From assembly GCA_963706595.1 (NCBI GenBank), contig OY970166.1:5056001-5120000 (forward strand): a DNA stretch of 64,000 nt, given 5' to 3'. Shown here piece by piece: positions 52,661-64,000 of this stretch. This DNA is from an uncultured cyanobacterium. Lineage in GTDB: Bacteria; Cyanobacteriota; Cyanobacteriia; Cyanobacteriales; Nostocaceae. Every line of letters begins with the position of its first letter. Positions within the stretch are counted from its first letter, which is position 1. A program made the position numbers and the translations under genes. The notes beneath the pieces are model-generated. The model did not search any database. It saw nothing but the letters and a program-made list of their open reading frames with translations, and had not been told where the DNA came from.

Positions 52661-54217
52661 ATGTTTCAAGAGATTGCTGCTCAGATAGCTTTTCCTTCCT
52701 TATTTCCATATTCAGTCACATTCTTAGGCTTTACAAGCGTAGTGGGAATACTGGGCTGGCGCTGGTGGAAACAAAAAAATATTTACAAATCCTTAGCATC
52801 CATCCCCTCACCGCCCCGACACTGGCTGTTAGGAAATGCTCCACAAGTATTAGCAGCAGTAAAACAGAAAAAATTTTTCCAATTATTGTTTAATTGGAGC
52901 CAGCAGCTAGGCCCGATGTATGTTTTCTGGATTGGCTATCCAACTCTGGTTTTGAGTAAGCCAAAAGTTATTGAAGATACCATTATCAATGGGATGAGAG
53001 ACGGTAGCCTCATCAGGTCTCAGCGAGCGAGCAAAGCTTGGAACGATATCGGTGGTCCTATTCTTTTCGGTCAAAACGGGACTGAGTGGCAGTGGCGACG
53101 CAAGGCTTGGAACCCTGAGTTCAGTTCTACTGGTATGTCCAGATATGTGGAAATTATTAGCCAAGCCTGCGAACAGGTAATTGAGAAACTGAAAGAAACT
53201 CCGCCACCAAAAGAAGTTCAGGTAGATCCTCTATTTGTAGAACTAACAATGAGAGTGATTTCTTCTCTAGTGCTGGGCATTCCTGTGGATAGGAAAACTG
53301 CTAGTCCTGAAGGGCCACCTCTTGATGTTCTCAAGGTGTACGAAGCAATGTCTACTTTGGGCTATCGGTTCTTACGGGTAGCTACTGGGGGCGAAAAATT
53401 TTGGATGAAATATCTGCCAACTAAGAATTCACGAGATTATTGGACAGCCAGACGATATTTAGAAGACTTCCTTTCTCCCCATGTTGAATTAGCTTTACAG
53501 ATGAGGGAACAAAACAAAACCGATTTAAAACAGGTAAGTTCTTTGTTCCAAGAATCAATGCTAGTAAAAATAGCTGCCAAAGAACCAAAATACAATCGTG
53601 AAACACTAATAGCAGAAGCTATTGAACTTTTAATAGCAGGTACTGACACAACAGCCCATACTTTATCTTTTGCAGTTGCGGAGTTGGCTTTAAACCAGAA
53701 AGTTTTTCAGCAGGCTCAGGTGATTGTTGATCAAGTTTGGCAAAATCGAGGTGGTATTAATACAGAAAACCTCAAAGAGTTGGCTTACATTCAGGCTATT
53801 CTTAAAGAGACTTTGCGCCTTTATTCAGTCGCATCAGGCTCGACTTCATTGGAAGCCCAACGTGAGATCATGATAGAGGATAAGGTAATTCCTCGTGGTA
53901 CAAAAATCTTCTGGTCAATGCTTGGGGCTGGAAGAGATCCAGAAATATATTCAGATCCGGAAGAATTCTTACCAGAGCGTTGGTTAAACAAGAATACTGA
54001 AAGTAGTCCACTGCCAATGATTCACTTTGGCTCAGGTTCTCACCGTTGCCTGGGAGAACATTTATCAATGCTCGAAGGAACGCTAATGCTATCACTACTG
54101 CTGCGCTACTTCGATTGGGAATTAGTCAATGGTCGTTCATCCCTGGAAAATTTACAGCAGAACCTTTTAATTTATCCAAGTGATAGAATGCCAGTGCGTT
54201 TTCAATTAAGAAATTAG
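52661..54217 (+). CDS. Cytochrome P450 with N-terminal membrane anchor
   Basis: AGTDTT, ETLR, PERW, FGSGSHRCLG. Confidence 0.95.
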   Translation: MFQEIAAQIAFPSLFPYSVTFLGFTSVVGILGWRWWKQKNIYKSLASIPSPPRHWLLGNAPQVLAAVKQKKFFQLLFNWSQQLGPMYVFWIGYPTLVLSKPKVIEDTIINGMRDGSLIRSQRASKAWNDIGGPILFGQNGTEWQWRRKAWNPEFSSTGMSRYVEIISQACEQVIEKLKETPPPKEVQVDPLFVELTMRVISSLVLGIPVDRKTASPEGPPLDVLKVYEAMSTLGYRFLRVATGGEKFWMKYLPTKNSRDYWTARRYLEDFLSPHVELALQMREQNKTDLKQVSSLFQESMLVKIAAKEPKYNRETLIAEAIELLIAGTDTTAHTLSFAVAELALNQKVFQQAQVIVDQVWQNRGGINTENLKELAYIQAILKETLRLYSVASGSTSLEAQREIMIEDKVIPRGTKIFWSMLGAGRDPEIYSDPEEFLPERWLNKNTESSPLPMIHFGSGSHRCLGEHLSMLEGTLMLSLLLRYFDWELVNGRSSLENLQQNLLIYPSDRMPVRFQLRN

Positions 54218-54355
54218 GGCTATTAACTGCTAAAGCTTTCAGGCTTTTGTGATACATTTGCCAATATCGAACAACAGAAATTTTTAGCAAGATTTGCTTA
54301 ATGGGTGTGGTGCGACTCAGCGCGACTTAGGCGATCGCACCACACCCCCATCGTT

Positions 54356-55763
54356 TTATACTGAAGTAGTCTCAGGGACTAACCGATTTTGCTCACGCCT
54401 CCCCTTCACAACCATCTGCACACCGCCTTTCGGACCGAACAGTAAGCCCTTACGTACTGGTAGCACTGGTTGACTATCCGCTAATTCCATTTGCCAATTA
54501 GACAGCACTGTGGCTAACACCAGTTTCATCTCAAATAAAGCAAACGCCATACCAATACAGCGACGATTACCACCACCAAAAGGTATAAATTCTGAATTGG
54601 AAAACTGCCTTTCTAAAAAACGCTCTGGTTTAAATGTCTTGGAATCAGGATATAAATCTTCCCGATGATGAGTTAAATAAACACAGGGAATTAATAACGT
54701 CCCAGGCTCAAACTGATATTCTCCAATTTGTAACGGTGATTTGACTAATCTAGTCAAAGTCAGCATTGCAACTGGGTAAAGACGCAATGTTTCCGAACAA
54801 ACTGCATTCAAATAAGGCAATCGAAAAATAGCATTGGGGTCGGGTTTTTCGCCCAAAGTGCTTAACTCTTGCAATAATTTCTCACGCACCTGTGGCTGAT
54901 GGTGAATCCAGTATAAAGCCCAAGTCAGTGATGTAGCTGTAGTTTCGTGACCTGCGACTAATAAAGTCATCAACTCATCACGTAACTCCACATCCGTCAT
55001 CGGTTCACCCGCTTCATCACGAGTTGCCATCATCAAAGATAAAATATCAGTCCGGGATGAATCAGGCTGTGCTTTGCGTTCTTGAATCTCAGCATAAACG
55101 AGTTCGTCAATTTGTCGCCGTAAACGCAAATACTCTCCCCAAGGACTCCAAGCGACCTAAATCCCGACGCAGTGATGGGAACATCAGCAGCATTGACCGT
55201 AAAATAGGTGTTTTGGGATTGAGAATGGCAATTAAAAGTTCTTTGAGTTTTTCGTAACGTGGTCCCTCAGCTAGACCAAATACAGCCTTTAAAATTACCT
55301 GAAAAGAAATGGCTTGCATCGATGACAGGACGGAAATAGTTTCACCAACCTGCCATTGATTAGTTACTCTTTGACTAATATCACCAATTAGCTCACCATA
55401 AGCCAACATCCTTTCACCATGAAAGGGAGGTGTTAATAGCTTACGTTGTCGCTGGTGAGGCTTTCCATCTAGGGCTAGTAGTGATTGCTTTCCTAACAAA
55501 GGCGATTGTACCCCGGCGGCTCCACCAGAGTCTAAATGTTTGGGGTCGGTGCTAAAAATCTGCTGAATAGCTTGAGGGTTGCTGACGAATACTTGAGGCT
55601 TAGAAACTGGGCCGAAGCGGAGGGTGAAAATATCACCATAGCTTTTAGCACAGTCTTCCATATATTCCAAAGGGCTAGTCAGCCATTTGTATGTCTGTAG
55701 CCAAGGATGATTTTTGGGACCATCAGGTAGTTGAAGTTCAGGCATTTTGATTATTTTCCCCAT
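54356..55763 (-). CDS. Cytochrome P450 (CYP110-like), one extra base near 55154
   Basis: AGHETT, ETLR, PERF, FGGGNRRCIG; removing one base restores DLGAWSPWG. Confidence 0.88.
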
Positions 55764-55824
55764 GATTTGGAGCCAGAATTTGATCAGCGAGTTATTTATG
55801 CACCCAATTGCTGGATTAATCTTA

Positions 55825-56032
55825 GAGGGTGTTTGAAAAGTCTTATTATTGGTAGCAAAACGTTCTAGATCCCCCTAAGTCCACGCCAGTTGCTCATGGC
55901 GGAAACCCCCAAGACCGCACTGGCTCCCCTTAAGAAGGGGGACTTTGATCGCTGTTCCCCCCTTTTTAAGGGGAGGCTCAAGGGGATCTGCGAGTGCCTA
56001 AAATCACAGCCAACCACTTTTCAAACACGCTC
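55825..56032. mobile_element. 208-bp MITE
   Basis: 17-bp TIR GAG(G/C)GTGTTTGAAAAGT with one mismatch; TTA on both sides; internal hairpins. Confidence 0.8.
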
Positions 56033-56076
56033 TTAAAGCCAAAATTTTGTTCACAATTTCTATTAATATTACATTT

Positions 56077-56892
56077 TTAATTTTTAATTTTCCCTACTTT
56101 TTGGAATAATTCAGCTATTTTGAATGGATTTAATTGTTCAACGTTACTTAAAACTATGGTTGCACCTGCGGCTAAGAGTGTTTCACCATAAGCATCACTA
56201 TGGGCGGCTGTTTCCTGGACGTGAGGCGGTAAAATACCCACACCAATCCAATTCCGGTGAGGATGCATCTCTCGCGCCTTCCTGACGGTATACATATCAG
56301 CTACGGTGTCTCCTACATAGATGATTGCTGACAGATGATTTAGTTCATTCTCTAATAAGCTAATTGTGGCAAAAAGTCCGGTGGGGTCTGGTTTCCCCGG
56401 TGCATCTTCCATTGCAACTAATACTGGCGACTGTAAACCCAGACGTTTGTGTAAAACATAAGTAGCAGAAGCACGGGTAGCACCACTGAAAAATCCCCAG
56501 TCAATTCCTGCTTCTGTGAGTTGTTCTAAATAGCTTGGTTGTAATAATAACGGTTCATCACAGATATACCCATTCCAATTTTCTGGGTCTGTGCCTCGAT
56601 AACGAGATTGAAAAAAGGCGACAATAGTTTTGTAATCCAGTTGCAATTGCTGGCGAGTTTGTCCCAGAGATTCAAAGTAGCGATAAATAAATTCTTGGGA
56701 AGCTTCCCAATCATTATTCCAGAGTCCTTCGGATTTTAGCTGGTCAATATCTCCTGGGGTGGGACGATAGGCTGTGTTGGTAAAATGCTCTACAGTGTCC
56801 GCCAGCGCTCGGCGGTAGGAATTGCCGACATCGCGCACAACACCGTCAATATCGAAAATTACAATTGGGTTTAGGGAAGATTTTTCAGTCAT
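56077..56892 (-). CDS. HAD hydrolase (TIGR01548-like)
   Basis: FDIDGV, KPDP, VGDTVADM. Confidence 0.9.
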   Translation of the reverse strand: MTEKSSLNPIVIFDIDGVVRDVGNSYRRALADTVEHFTNTAYRPTPGDIDQLKSEGLWNNDWEASQEFIYRYFESLGQTRQQLQLDYKTIVAFFQSRYRGTDPENWNGYICDEPLLLQPSYLEQLTEAGIDWGFFSGATRASATYVLHKRLGLQSPVLVAMEDAPGKPDPTGLFATISLLENELNHLSAIIYVGDTVADMYTVRKAREMHPHRNWIGVGILPPHVQETAAHSDAYGETLLAAGATIVLSNVEQLNPFKIAELFQKVGKIKN

Positions 56893-57081
56893 GGAATTGG
56901 TGGATGAAAGCAGCTATTAGATTTTAATCGGTGATGGTTAAACAATTTGCAACCACTATTTGGTCATCAGGTGAAGTATTGAGTTAAAATAAGCGATCGC
57001 ACAGCATATACAGTGGGCATCATTTCCACCCGTGCGATCGGCAACATAGTATTAATCCCCAGATATCCCTCGGAGGTATGA

Positions 57082-57381
57082 TTGACCCAATTTATTCTTA
57101 AAATCCTTTGGTTAGACGAAAACGTTGCCCTAGCAGTCGATCAAGTCGTAGGCAAAGGCACAAGTCCTTTAACTAAGTATTTTTTCTGGCCTCGCAATGA
57201 TGCTTGGGAAGAGTTAAAAAAGGAATTAGAGTCCAAACACTGGATTACTGATGTAGATCGAGTCGAATTGCTGAATAAAGCCACAGAAGTAATTAACTAC
57301 TGGCAAGAAGAAGGCAGAAGACGACCGATGGCAGAAGCTCAATTGAAGTTCCCTGAAGTTGCCTTCACAGGTAGCGCTTGA
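57082..57381 (+). CDS. ycf65: 30S ribosomal protein PSRP-3 / Ycf65
   Basis: FILKILWL...ALAVDQ...[16 protein letters not shown]. Confidence 0.92.
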   Translation: MTQFILKILWLDENVALAVDQVVGKGTSPLTKYFFWPRNDAWEELKKELESKHWITDVDRVELLNKATEVINYWQEEGRRRPMAEAQLKFPEVAFTGSA

Positions 57382-57428
57382 GGAGTGCAACATTCTGAGT
57401 GCTTAGTAGCATAATTGGTTGAAATTAG

Positions 57429-57450
57429 CAGCGCCCCAGGCGCTGTTTTT
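57429..57450 (+). terminator. Intrinsic terminator
   Basis: CAGCGCC-CCA-GGCGCTG-TTTTT. Confidence 0.7.
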
Positions 57451-57906
57451 ACTCAGCGTTCACCGACTTTGGCATAAATAAAATACACCAATCTCACCCC
57501 AAATTCGATCAGTTATTGAGCATTTAACTTGCACAATTTAGACGGGCAACAAGAGGCAGAGGGAAGGCGGCAGGGGAGAAGAGGAAAGGTTGTTACGTAA
57601 GGAAGTTGAAAGTAATTTCTAACTCCCCCTTGCTCCCTGCGCCCTGCTCCCCTGCTTCTTTTTAAAGATGCCCATCCCACAATAGTTATATTAAAAATGC
57701 TGTGCAGAATCAGGTTTTTTTAGCTTACCTAGCACAGAGGTGAAGTCAAAATTCAAAAACTTTATTCTATAGGTTTTTCATTGATTTTCAATGGTGAACC
57801 AGTGATTATATTATTTAATCAGACTGTAATTGTTTTTTGACATCTCTATTTAGGTAAATAGGGATAAATAAGAAACCACAGATAAATACAGATGAATTTG
57901 TGCTTT

Positions 57907-58902
57907 TTAACTTAATATATCAGCGCGGGGTTTAAAGGTTTCTATTTCTCGCAATTTTTCATAAAGTTCCCGTTCTTCAGATGTGAGATTTTTGGGCGTG
58001 ACAATTTGAATTTCTACTAATTGATCGCCACGTTTGCCGTTTTCACCAGGGTAGCCCTTATTAGCTAAACGCAGTCTTTGTCCAGTCCTCACGCCGGGGG
58101 GGATGGTCATTTTTACTGGACCATCGAGAGTAGGTGCTTCTACTTGTCCTCCTAAAACTGCCTCACAGGGGGTGACGGGAACTTGGCAAAATATATTGAA
58201 ACCATCTAGTTTAAATTGGCGATGAGGTTCAACGGTAATTTTTAAGTAGAGGTCGCCACCATTAATACCTTGATTGCGTAACCGGATAGTTTGACCTGTT
58301 ACCATACCTGGAGGCATAGTTACTTCGAGCGATCGCCCATCTTCAAGGCGAATCCGTTCTTTACCACCTTGATAAGCTTTTTCTAGTGGTAGAGTTAATC
58401 TAGCTTCAATATCTCGGCGGGGTGTGCGCGGTGGGCTTTTGGGAACAGTATACTCAACTCTGCTTTTCGGAGAACGAAAGGGATCGGTTTTGGTACTACT
58501 ACCGCCATTTCTAGTGTCTTTACGACCCCCTACACCCACAACTTGATTAATAAAACTCTCAAAATCATTAAATTGTCCTGGATCGACATCTTCACTGCTA
58601 GTACGACCATTGGCGGAACCAGCCCAGGTTTTAGGTTTGGGTGCTTTGTTACTGACAAAGCCTTTCTGCTTCCAGTAGCGGCTAAACTGGTCGTATTGCG
58701 ATCGCCTAGCCGTATCAGAAAGGACTTCATAAGCCTCACCGATATCTTTAAACTTTTCCTCTGCTGCTTTGTTTCCCGGATTGAGATCAGGGTGATATTG
58801 CCTTGCTAACCGCCGATAAACCTTTTTAATTTCTTCGCCGGAGGCATCTTTAGATACTCCTAAAATTTCGTAGTAATCGCGGAAATTCTGCAAATTTTGC
58901 AT
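57907..58902 (-). CDS. dnaJ: Type II DnaJ (CbpA-like)
   Basis: J domain with HPD, no Zn finger, DnaJ_C domain. Confidence 0.9.
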   Translation of the reverse strand: MQNLQNFRDYYEILGVSKDASGEEIKKVYRRLARQYHPDLNPGNKAAEEKFKDIGEAYEVLSDTARRSQYDQFSRYWKQKGFVSNKAPKPKTWAGSANGRTSSEDVDPGQFNDFESFINQVVGVGGRKDTRNGGSSTKTDPFRSPKSRVEYTVPKSPPRTPRRDIEARLTLPLEKAYQGGKERIRLEDGRSLEVTMPPGMVTGQTIRLRNQGINGGDLYLKITVEPHRQFKLDGFNIFCQVPVTPCEAVLGGQVEAPTLDGPVKMTIPPGVRTGQRLRLANKGYPGENGKRGDQLVEIQIVTPKNLTSEERELYEKLREIETFKPRADILS

Positions 58903-58978
58903 AGTTCAATTATTTAACTTTTAATTTTAGATTTTGGTAATAGAAATTGGGGACAGACAGACGCGATGAATCGCGTCT

Positions 58979-61064
58979 CTACAACCAATCATCATCATCA
59001 TCCCAGTTATCCTGGTAGGTTGGTCGCGTGGGTTTGCGAGAGGAACGGTTATCGTCGTAGGCTGGGGAACGACTATCTCTGCTGTAGTTGCGATCGTAGT
59101 CTTTGTTGTAGTCCCGGCCATAAGCATCGCGGGAATCACGTTCTCGATATGGATCACGGGAAAAATCGCGATCGCGATCGCGTTCCTTGTCGCCTCCTGT
59201 AAAAATGTCCCGAATCGTCCCAAACAAGTCCTCATCTTCATCCTCAGCATAATACTCACGCACTTCTCGGTTCAGTTCATACAAAGCATCTTGTAAATCA
59301 GCATAGGCTTGATCAATTCCCCGATCTTCATTTTCCTGGAGACTTTCCCGCAGTTCTCGGCAAATCCCATCAATTCGCTGACGACGGTTGCGGGCAAACT
59401 GCATCCCAAATTCTAATGCCACTTCTCTGAGTTGGCGTTCTGCTTGTAAAATTAAAGCCTCAGAACGAGTCCGCTTTTCTACTCTTTCCTTGCGTTCTCG
59501 GTCAACATCAGCGTATTTTTGAGCATCCTGAATCATCCGATTTACTTCTGATTCACTCAAAGTAGAAGCGCCTTGAATTGTGATGCTTTGTTCTCTTCCG
59601 GTAGTTCTATCTACAGCCGTTACCTGCAAAATTCCGTTAGCATCAATATCAAAAGATACCTGAACTTGGGGAATACCTCTAGGCGCTGGCGGGATACCAT
59701 AGAGCTTAAAACGTCCCAGAGACTTGTTATTTGCTGCCATTTCCCGTTCACCCTGGACTACGTGAATTTCCACAGTGTTTTGGTTATTTTCTGACGTAGA
59801 AAAAATGTCAGAACGGCGAACTGGGATAGTAGTATTGCGGGGAATCAGTTTCTTCATCACGCCACCAATGGTTTCTAATCCCAAAGATAATGGTGTCACA
59901 TCCAAAAGCAGCACATCTTTGAGTTCCCCCGCCAAAATACCTGCCTGAATGGCAGCGCCGATGGCTACAACTTCATCAGGATTGACATTTTCATTGGGTT
60001 CTATGCCAATTAAATCTCGCACTAACTGCTTGACTATGGGCATCCGTGTCGAACCACCAACTAGCACCACTTCCTCAATATCTACGGGTGAAAGTCCAGA
60101 ATCTTTGAGGGCGCGTTTAACTGGTGTCCGGATACGACTAATCAAGTCAATACATAAACCTTCAAATTGAGAACGAGTCAGGCGAGTTTCGAGATGTTTC
60201 GGTCCATCTGCGGTAGCGGTAATGAAAGGTAAATTAATCTCGGTGACGCTGACCGCCGAAAGTTCAATTTTCGCCTTTTCCGCAGCTTCCATGAGACGTT
60301 GTAGAGATTGTCTCTCCCGTCGTAAGTCTACCCCTTCAGCTTCCAGAAATTGGTCTGCTAACCAATCGACTATTTGTTTATCAAAGTCATTACCACCCAG
60401 TTGAGTATCTCCACTGGTAGCTTTAACTTCAAAAATGCCATCGCCGACTTCCAAAATGGACACGTCAAAAGTACCACCGCCCAAGTCAAAGACCAGGATA
60501 GTTTCCGTCGTACCCCTATCTAAGCCATAAGCCAAAGATGCGGCTGTCGGTTCATTGAGAATCCGCAACACTTCTAAACCGGCAATTCTGCCAGCATCGC
60601 GGGTAGCTTGTCGTTGAGAATCATTAAAATAAGCGGGAACTGTAATTACTGCCCCTGTCACGGGTTCACCCAAATAGCGACTAGCATCTTCTGCCAATTT
60701 TTTCATCACCATTGCCGAAATTTCTTCGGGGGCGAAATCCTTTTTGAGACGGGGACAGGGAATTTTAATATTACCTAATTCGTCTTTGCGGATAGTATAC
60801 GGTACACGCTTAGATTCCTGGCTCAGTTCACCATACTGCCGCCCAATGAAGCGTTTAACTGCAAAAAATGTATTTTGTGGGTTGAGAACAGTTTGCCGTC
60901 TGTGCCATTTGCCCCACCACCCTTTCGCCCTCTTTGCTGAAGCCGACAACAGAGGGGGTTGTTCGCATTCCTTCTGCATTGGCAATCACCACCGGCTTAC
61001 CACCCTCCATTACGGCGACTACTGAGTTGGTTGTACCCAAGTCGATGCCGACTACCTTGCCCAT
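58979..61064 (-). CDS. dnaK: DnaK/Hsp70 with long charged C-tail, one extra base near 60901
   Basis: [36 protein letters not shown]; removing one base restores [13 protein letters not shown]. Confidence 0.95.
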
Positions 61065-61382
61065 GCGTTACTCTTCTCCTAGCGTGTCTTATAATTTTAT
61101 TATGATTATGCGGCACTACCTCTAGCTGTTTGCTATTGGATGAAAACACTTCAATGGTATGATAGTCATCATTAAGGTTAGAAGTAGAGGAGTTTAAGCT
61201 TGAGGAGCTAGTTGCAAGACTAGGATAACATTGAGAACGCTAAGTATGTCCAAGTAGCCTCAAATCTTATCCGGCAAATACTTAGCTCTACCGTTTCTTC
61301 CAGTTGGGAAATCCACTTTGATCAACGTTGCTTTTTTGTTTTTCGTGTCAAAAAAAGTTGATCCTGCAACTATTTTAAAGCT

Positions 61383-62231
61383 TTGATTTTAAAAGAACGA
61401 TTACTAAATCATCTGCGGCAGATAGCGCGAGAACGCGATCCTTACTTAGCCACAGCCGGGCATTTTTTTGTTCAAGAATACATCCGTCAAGAATTTGCCC
61501 AATGGGAAAGTGTGGAAATCCACACCTTTCTAGTACGCAGTAAACGCTGTAATAATCTCATTCTCAATTTACCTTGCCAATCTGGAACGAGAAAAAAAGA
61601 TTTACCACCAATTTTAATTGCGGCTCATTATGATGCTGTACCAGGGACACCAGGCGCGGATGATAATGCTACGGGTGTAGCGGTATTGTTGGAGTTAGCC
61701 CGAAAATTTGCGGCTGAACCCGTTAAATACCCTTTACGGCTGGTGGCGTTTGATATGGAGGAATACGGGTTGCTAGGTAGTGCTGAATATGCAGCTTTGT
61801 TACATGAACAACGGCAACCTCTGCGTTTAATGATATCTCTGGAAATGTTGGGATATCGTGATTTTACTGCTAATTCTCAACGTTATCCATCTCCTTTAGA
61901 ACGGTTTTATCCGAATCAGGGCGATTTTATCGCTTTAATTGGTAATTTACGCACACTTCGGGACTTAATCGGGATGAGTCGCAATATTCGCCAAGTTGGT
62001 ATATCCAGTCAGTGGCTACCTGTGCCGAATCGTGGTTTAATTGTTCCTCAAACTAGACTCAGTGATCATGCGTCTTTTTGGGATTTGGGTTATCCAGCGA
62101 TGATGGTGACAGATACGGCATTTTTAAGGAATCCTCATTATCACAAATCTAGTGATGCGATCGCTACTTTGGATTTAGATTTTCTCACAGATGTTTGTGA
62201 AGGTTTAGAAGTTGCTATTCGGCGGTTATAA
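61383..62231 (+). CDS. M28-family peptidase
   Basis: AHYD, GADDNATG, EE.GLLGS, SDH, YHKSSD. Confidence 0.9.
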   Translation: MILKERLLNHLRQIARERDPYLATAGHFFVQEYIRQEFAQWESVEIHTFLVRSKRCNNLILNLPCQSGTRKKDLPPILIAAHYDAVPGTPGADDNATGVAVLLELARKFAAEPVKYPLRLVAFDMEEYGLLGSAEYAALLHEQRQPLRLMISLEMLGYRDFTANSQRYPSPLERFYPNQGDFIALIGNLRTLRDLIGMSRNIRQVGISSQWLPVPNRGLIVPQTRLSDHASFWDLGYPAMMVTDTAFLRNPHYHKSSDAIATLDLDFLTDVCEGLEVAIRRL

Positions 62232-62458
62232 CCTGATCATAAATAGCAAGTAGAAGCTCCGTATAACGGAAACTTTTCCAATTTTCCAGGGTGAGTTGCT
62301 TCAGCATCACCCACTCCAAAACTCTCAACTTTTAGGAACACAAAAATACCCGACTTATTCAATAAGTCGGGGATCTGAGCCTTGTTTGTATTTGCAGTAG
62401 AGTCTATATAGAGGATTTGTGTGTAGATGCTTAGGGGATGAAATACCCCACAAAACCT

Positions 62459-63430
62459 TTACATCAGCTTCAAATCGGTGTACTCCGCCAAGATATCATC
62501 AGATGTGAGGGTATCGCCTTCAGCTTGGGGAGTCCAAAGCACCTCAATAGCTAAAAGTTGATCACCGGGAATTCCTCCAATTCGCCGCAAGGCTTGACGC
62601 AAATCATCAGCACTGTTGATTTGTGGGATTTCAAACTTGCCTAATGTCGCTGCTAATAAGGTAACAATCAGGTATTCTCCAGGTCCTTCGCTTATTAGTT
62701 GGGTGGGGTTATCAATTTGATCAGCAGCAGGTAAAGCTTCTTTTTTCAAGGCTGCTTTGAGCTGGTTGTTGACATTAGATAGAGTTTCTTCGCTAAACTT
62801 GCTGCGTTCTGCTAGTGACAACCGGTTAAACTGACCTTCTGCCGCATTTAATTTAACCTGCTGCGTACCACCACCTCCATATACCCAGTATTCTGGATGA
62901 CGGAGTAAAGCTAAACTCGCTTCTTGCAAAACTTCTGCTCTTCCTTCTGGGGAATTAGTATCAGCAGATTCGGCAATTTTGTTGAGTTCGGTTTGCAAAC
63001 CACGAGCTTGTGCTAACAAACCAACTTGCAAACGAGTTACAGATACAGAAGGATTGCTGCTGTAGCCTACTTCTTCGCCTTCACCACTGCTAACACGGCG
63101 AAAGGTTTGCATCAGGAAGTTGGCGATCGCAAGGAAGATTAAAATACTGAATATACCGCCAAATCCGCCGCCGATACCCCAAAAGGGAATCAAGAAAGGA
63201 AAGCCGAAGCCACCACCACCAGGATAGTATCCTCCACCACCACCAGGCGCATAGGTGCGAGGTGTATAGGTACGGCTAGAAGGCGCTCTAAATGAACCTC
63301 CGCCGATACGACCACCACTGCGGGCGGCTAATGCTCCATCAGCATGGCTAAGTGCTAAAGTTAACACTAAGCTGAAGACAAAGAAAATTTTGAACAGGGG
63401 TTTGAGGGTTTTTTGTAGTTTGTTACGCAT
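62459..63430 (-). CDS. DUF1517 (FLAP1-like) protein
   Basis: SGGRIGGGSF, LQVGLLA, ERSKFSEETLSN, EVLWTPQ. Confidence 0.88.
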   Translation of the reverse strand: MRNKLQKTLKPLFKIFFVFSLVLTLALSHADGALAARSGGRIGGGSFRAPSSRTYTPRTYAPGGGGGYYPGGGGFGFPFLIPFWGIGGGFGGIFSILIFLAIANFLMQTFRRVSSGEGEEVGYSSNPSVSVTRLQVGLLAQARGLQTELNKIAESADTNSPEGRAEVLQEASLALLRHPEYWVYGGGGTQQVKLNAAEGQFNRLSLAERSKFSEETLSNVNNQLKAALKKEALPAADQIDNPTQLISEGPGEYLIVTLLAATLGKFEIPQINSADDLRQALRRIGGIPGDQLLAIEVLWTPQAEGDTLTSDDILAEYTDLKLM

Positions 63431-63912
63431 AACACAGACGCTTGAAAATGTATAACTTATGATTGCTTTCTGTGGCTGATAAAAATGCTGTGCTGCCTGG
63501 AATCATGCCACATCGGAACTAGGGTTTTGATTGACAGTAGCTGTTTTTAATATTCATTTTTTCTGGCTACATCTCTAATTTACCGCGTCTTATCTTGGTT
63601 AGACAGTAAGCGAAGGGGGGATTTCTGTAGTAGATAACCGTACCTCAACCATACCCACGATTTACCACCAGTCCTGCAATCACGGCTTCTCTCATATATA
63701 TACATAATTTTGGTCATAACTCTGTGATCTGAATTTCGTTGAATAATTTTCTATATCCTTTGTCATAGCAACTTGACGCATATATTTACACAATCACATT
63801 TCATCTATGCAATTTAGTCATCTTCACTAAAGTCAGTAGATTGCTATCATGATGTGTCGGATTGTTAGCAAACTAGCTGATAAGTAGCTCAAACTTAAAA
63901 AACGTAATACTC

Positions 63913-63945
63913 AGATCCCCGACTTCTTAGAGAAGTCGGGGATCT
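63913..63945. repeat. Palindromic small dispersed repeat
   Basis: AGATCCCCGACTTCT-TAG-AGAAGTCGGGGATCT; related copy at ~62349-62376. Confidence 0.75.
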
Positions 63946-64000
63946 ATATCGTCAAGGTTTTATGTTTAATTATGTTGACCTACTTATGAGAGCCAGTTGA

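Noticed and set aside
58979..61064. dnaK pseudogene
   Set aside because: Single one-base lesion in an otherwise intact gene next to an intact dnaJ; error more likely

Overview
Chromosomal window of a filamentous cyanobacterium, probably Nostocales (dense HIP1 GCGATCGC, 7-mer tandem repeats, small dispersed repeats, helical carotenoid protein, PSRP-3). The flanks carry housekeeping genes (xseAB, hisF, ruvB, dnaK/dnaJ-type, P450s). Two accessory modules sit next to each other. (1) 23.8-28.9 kb: a three-gene split STAND/NLR-like locus, made of an ATPase, a WD40 protein with 12 near-identical 126-bp repeats that vary mainly at a few surface positions, and a second ATPase with a degenerate Walker B. 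(2) 28,904-49,214: a compact 20.3-kb AT-rich, HIP1-poor prophage-like element in tRNA-Ala(GGC). It duplicates the 5' half of the tRNA, has a T7-like late gene order (portal to terminase), no recognisable CI repressor, lysin, helicase or primase, and one divergent Pol A/T7-RNAP-fold polymerase near an RHH gene and a ~14-bp periodic repeat array. Four genes (portal, polymerase, a P450, dnaK) are each broken by one extra base, which looks like sequencing error, so the element may be intact. All calls come from reading motifs by eye; no searches were run.
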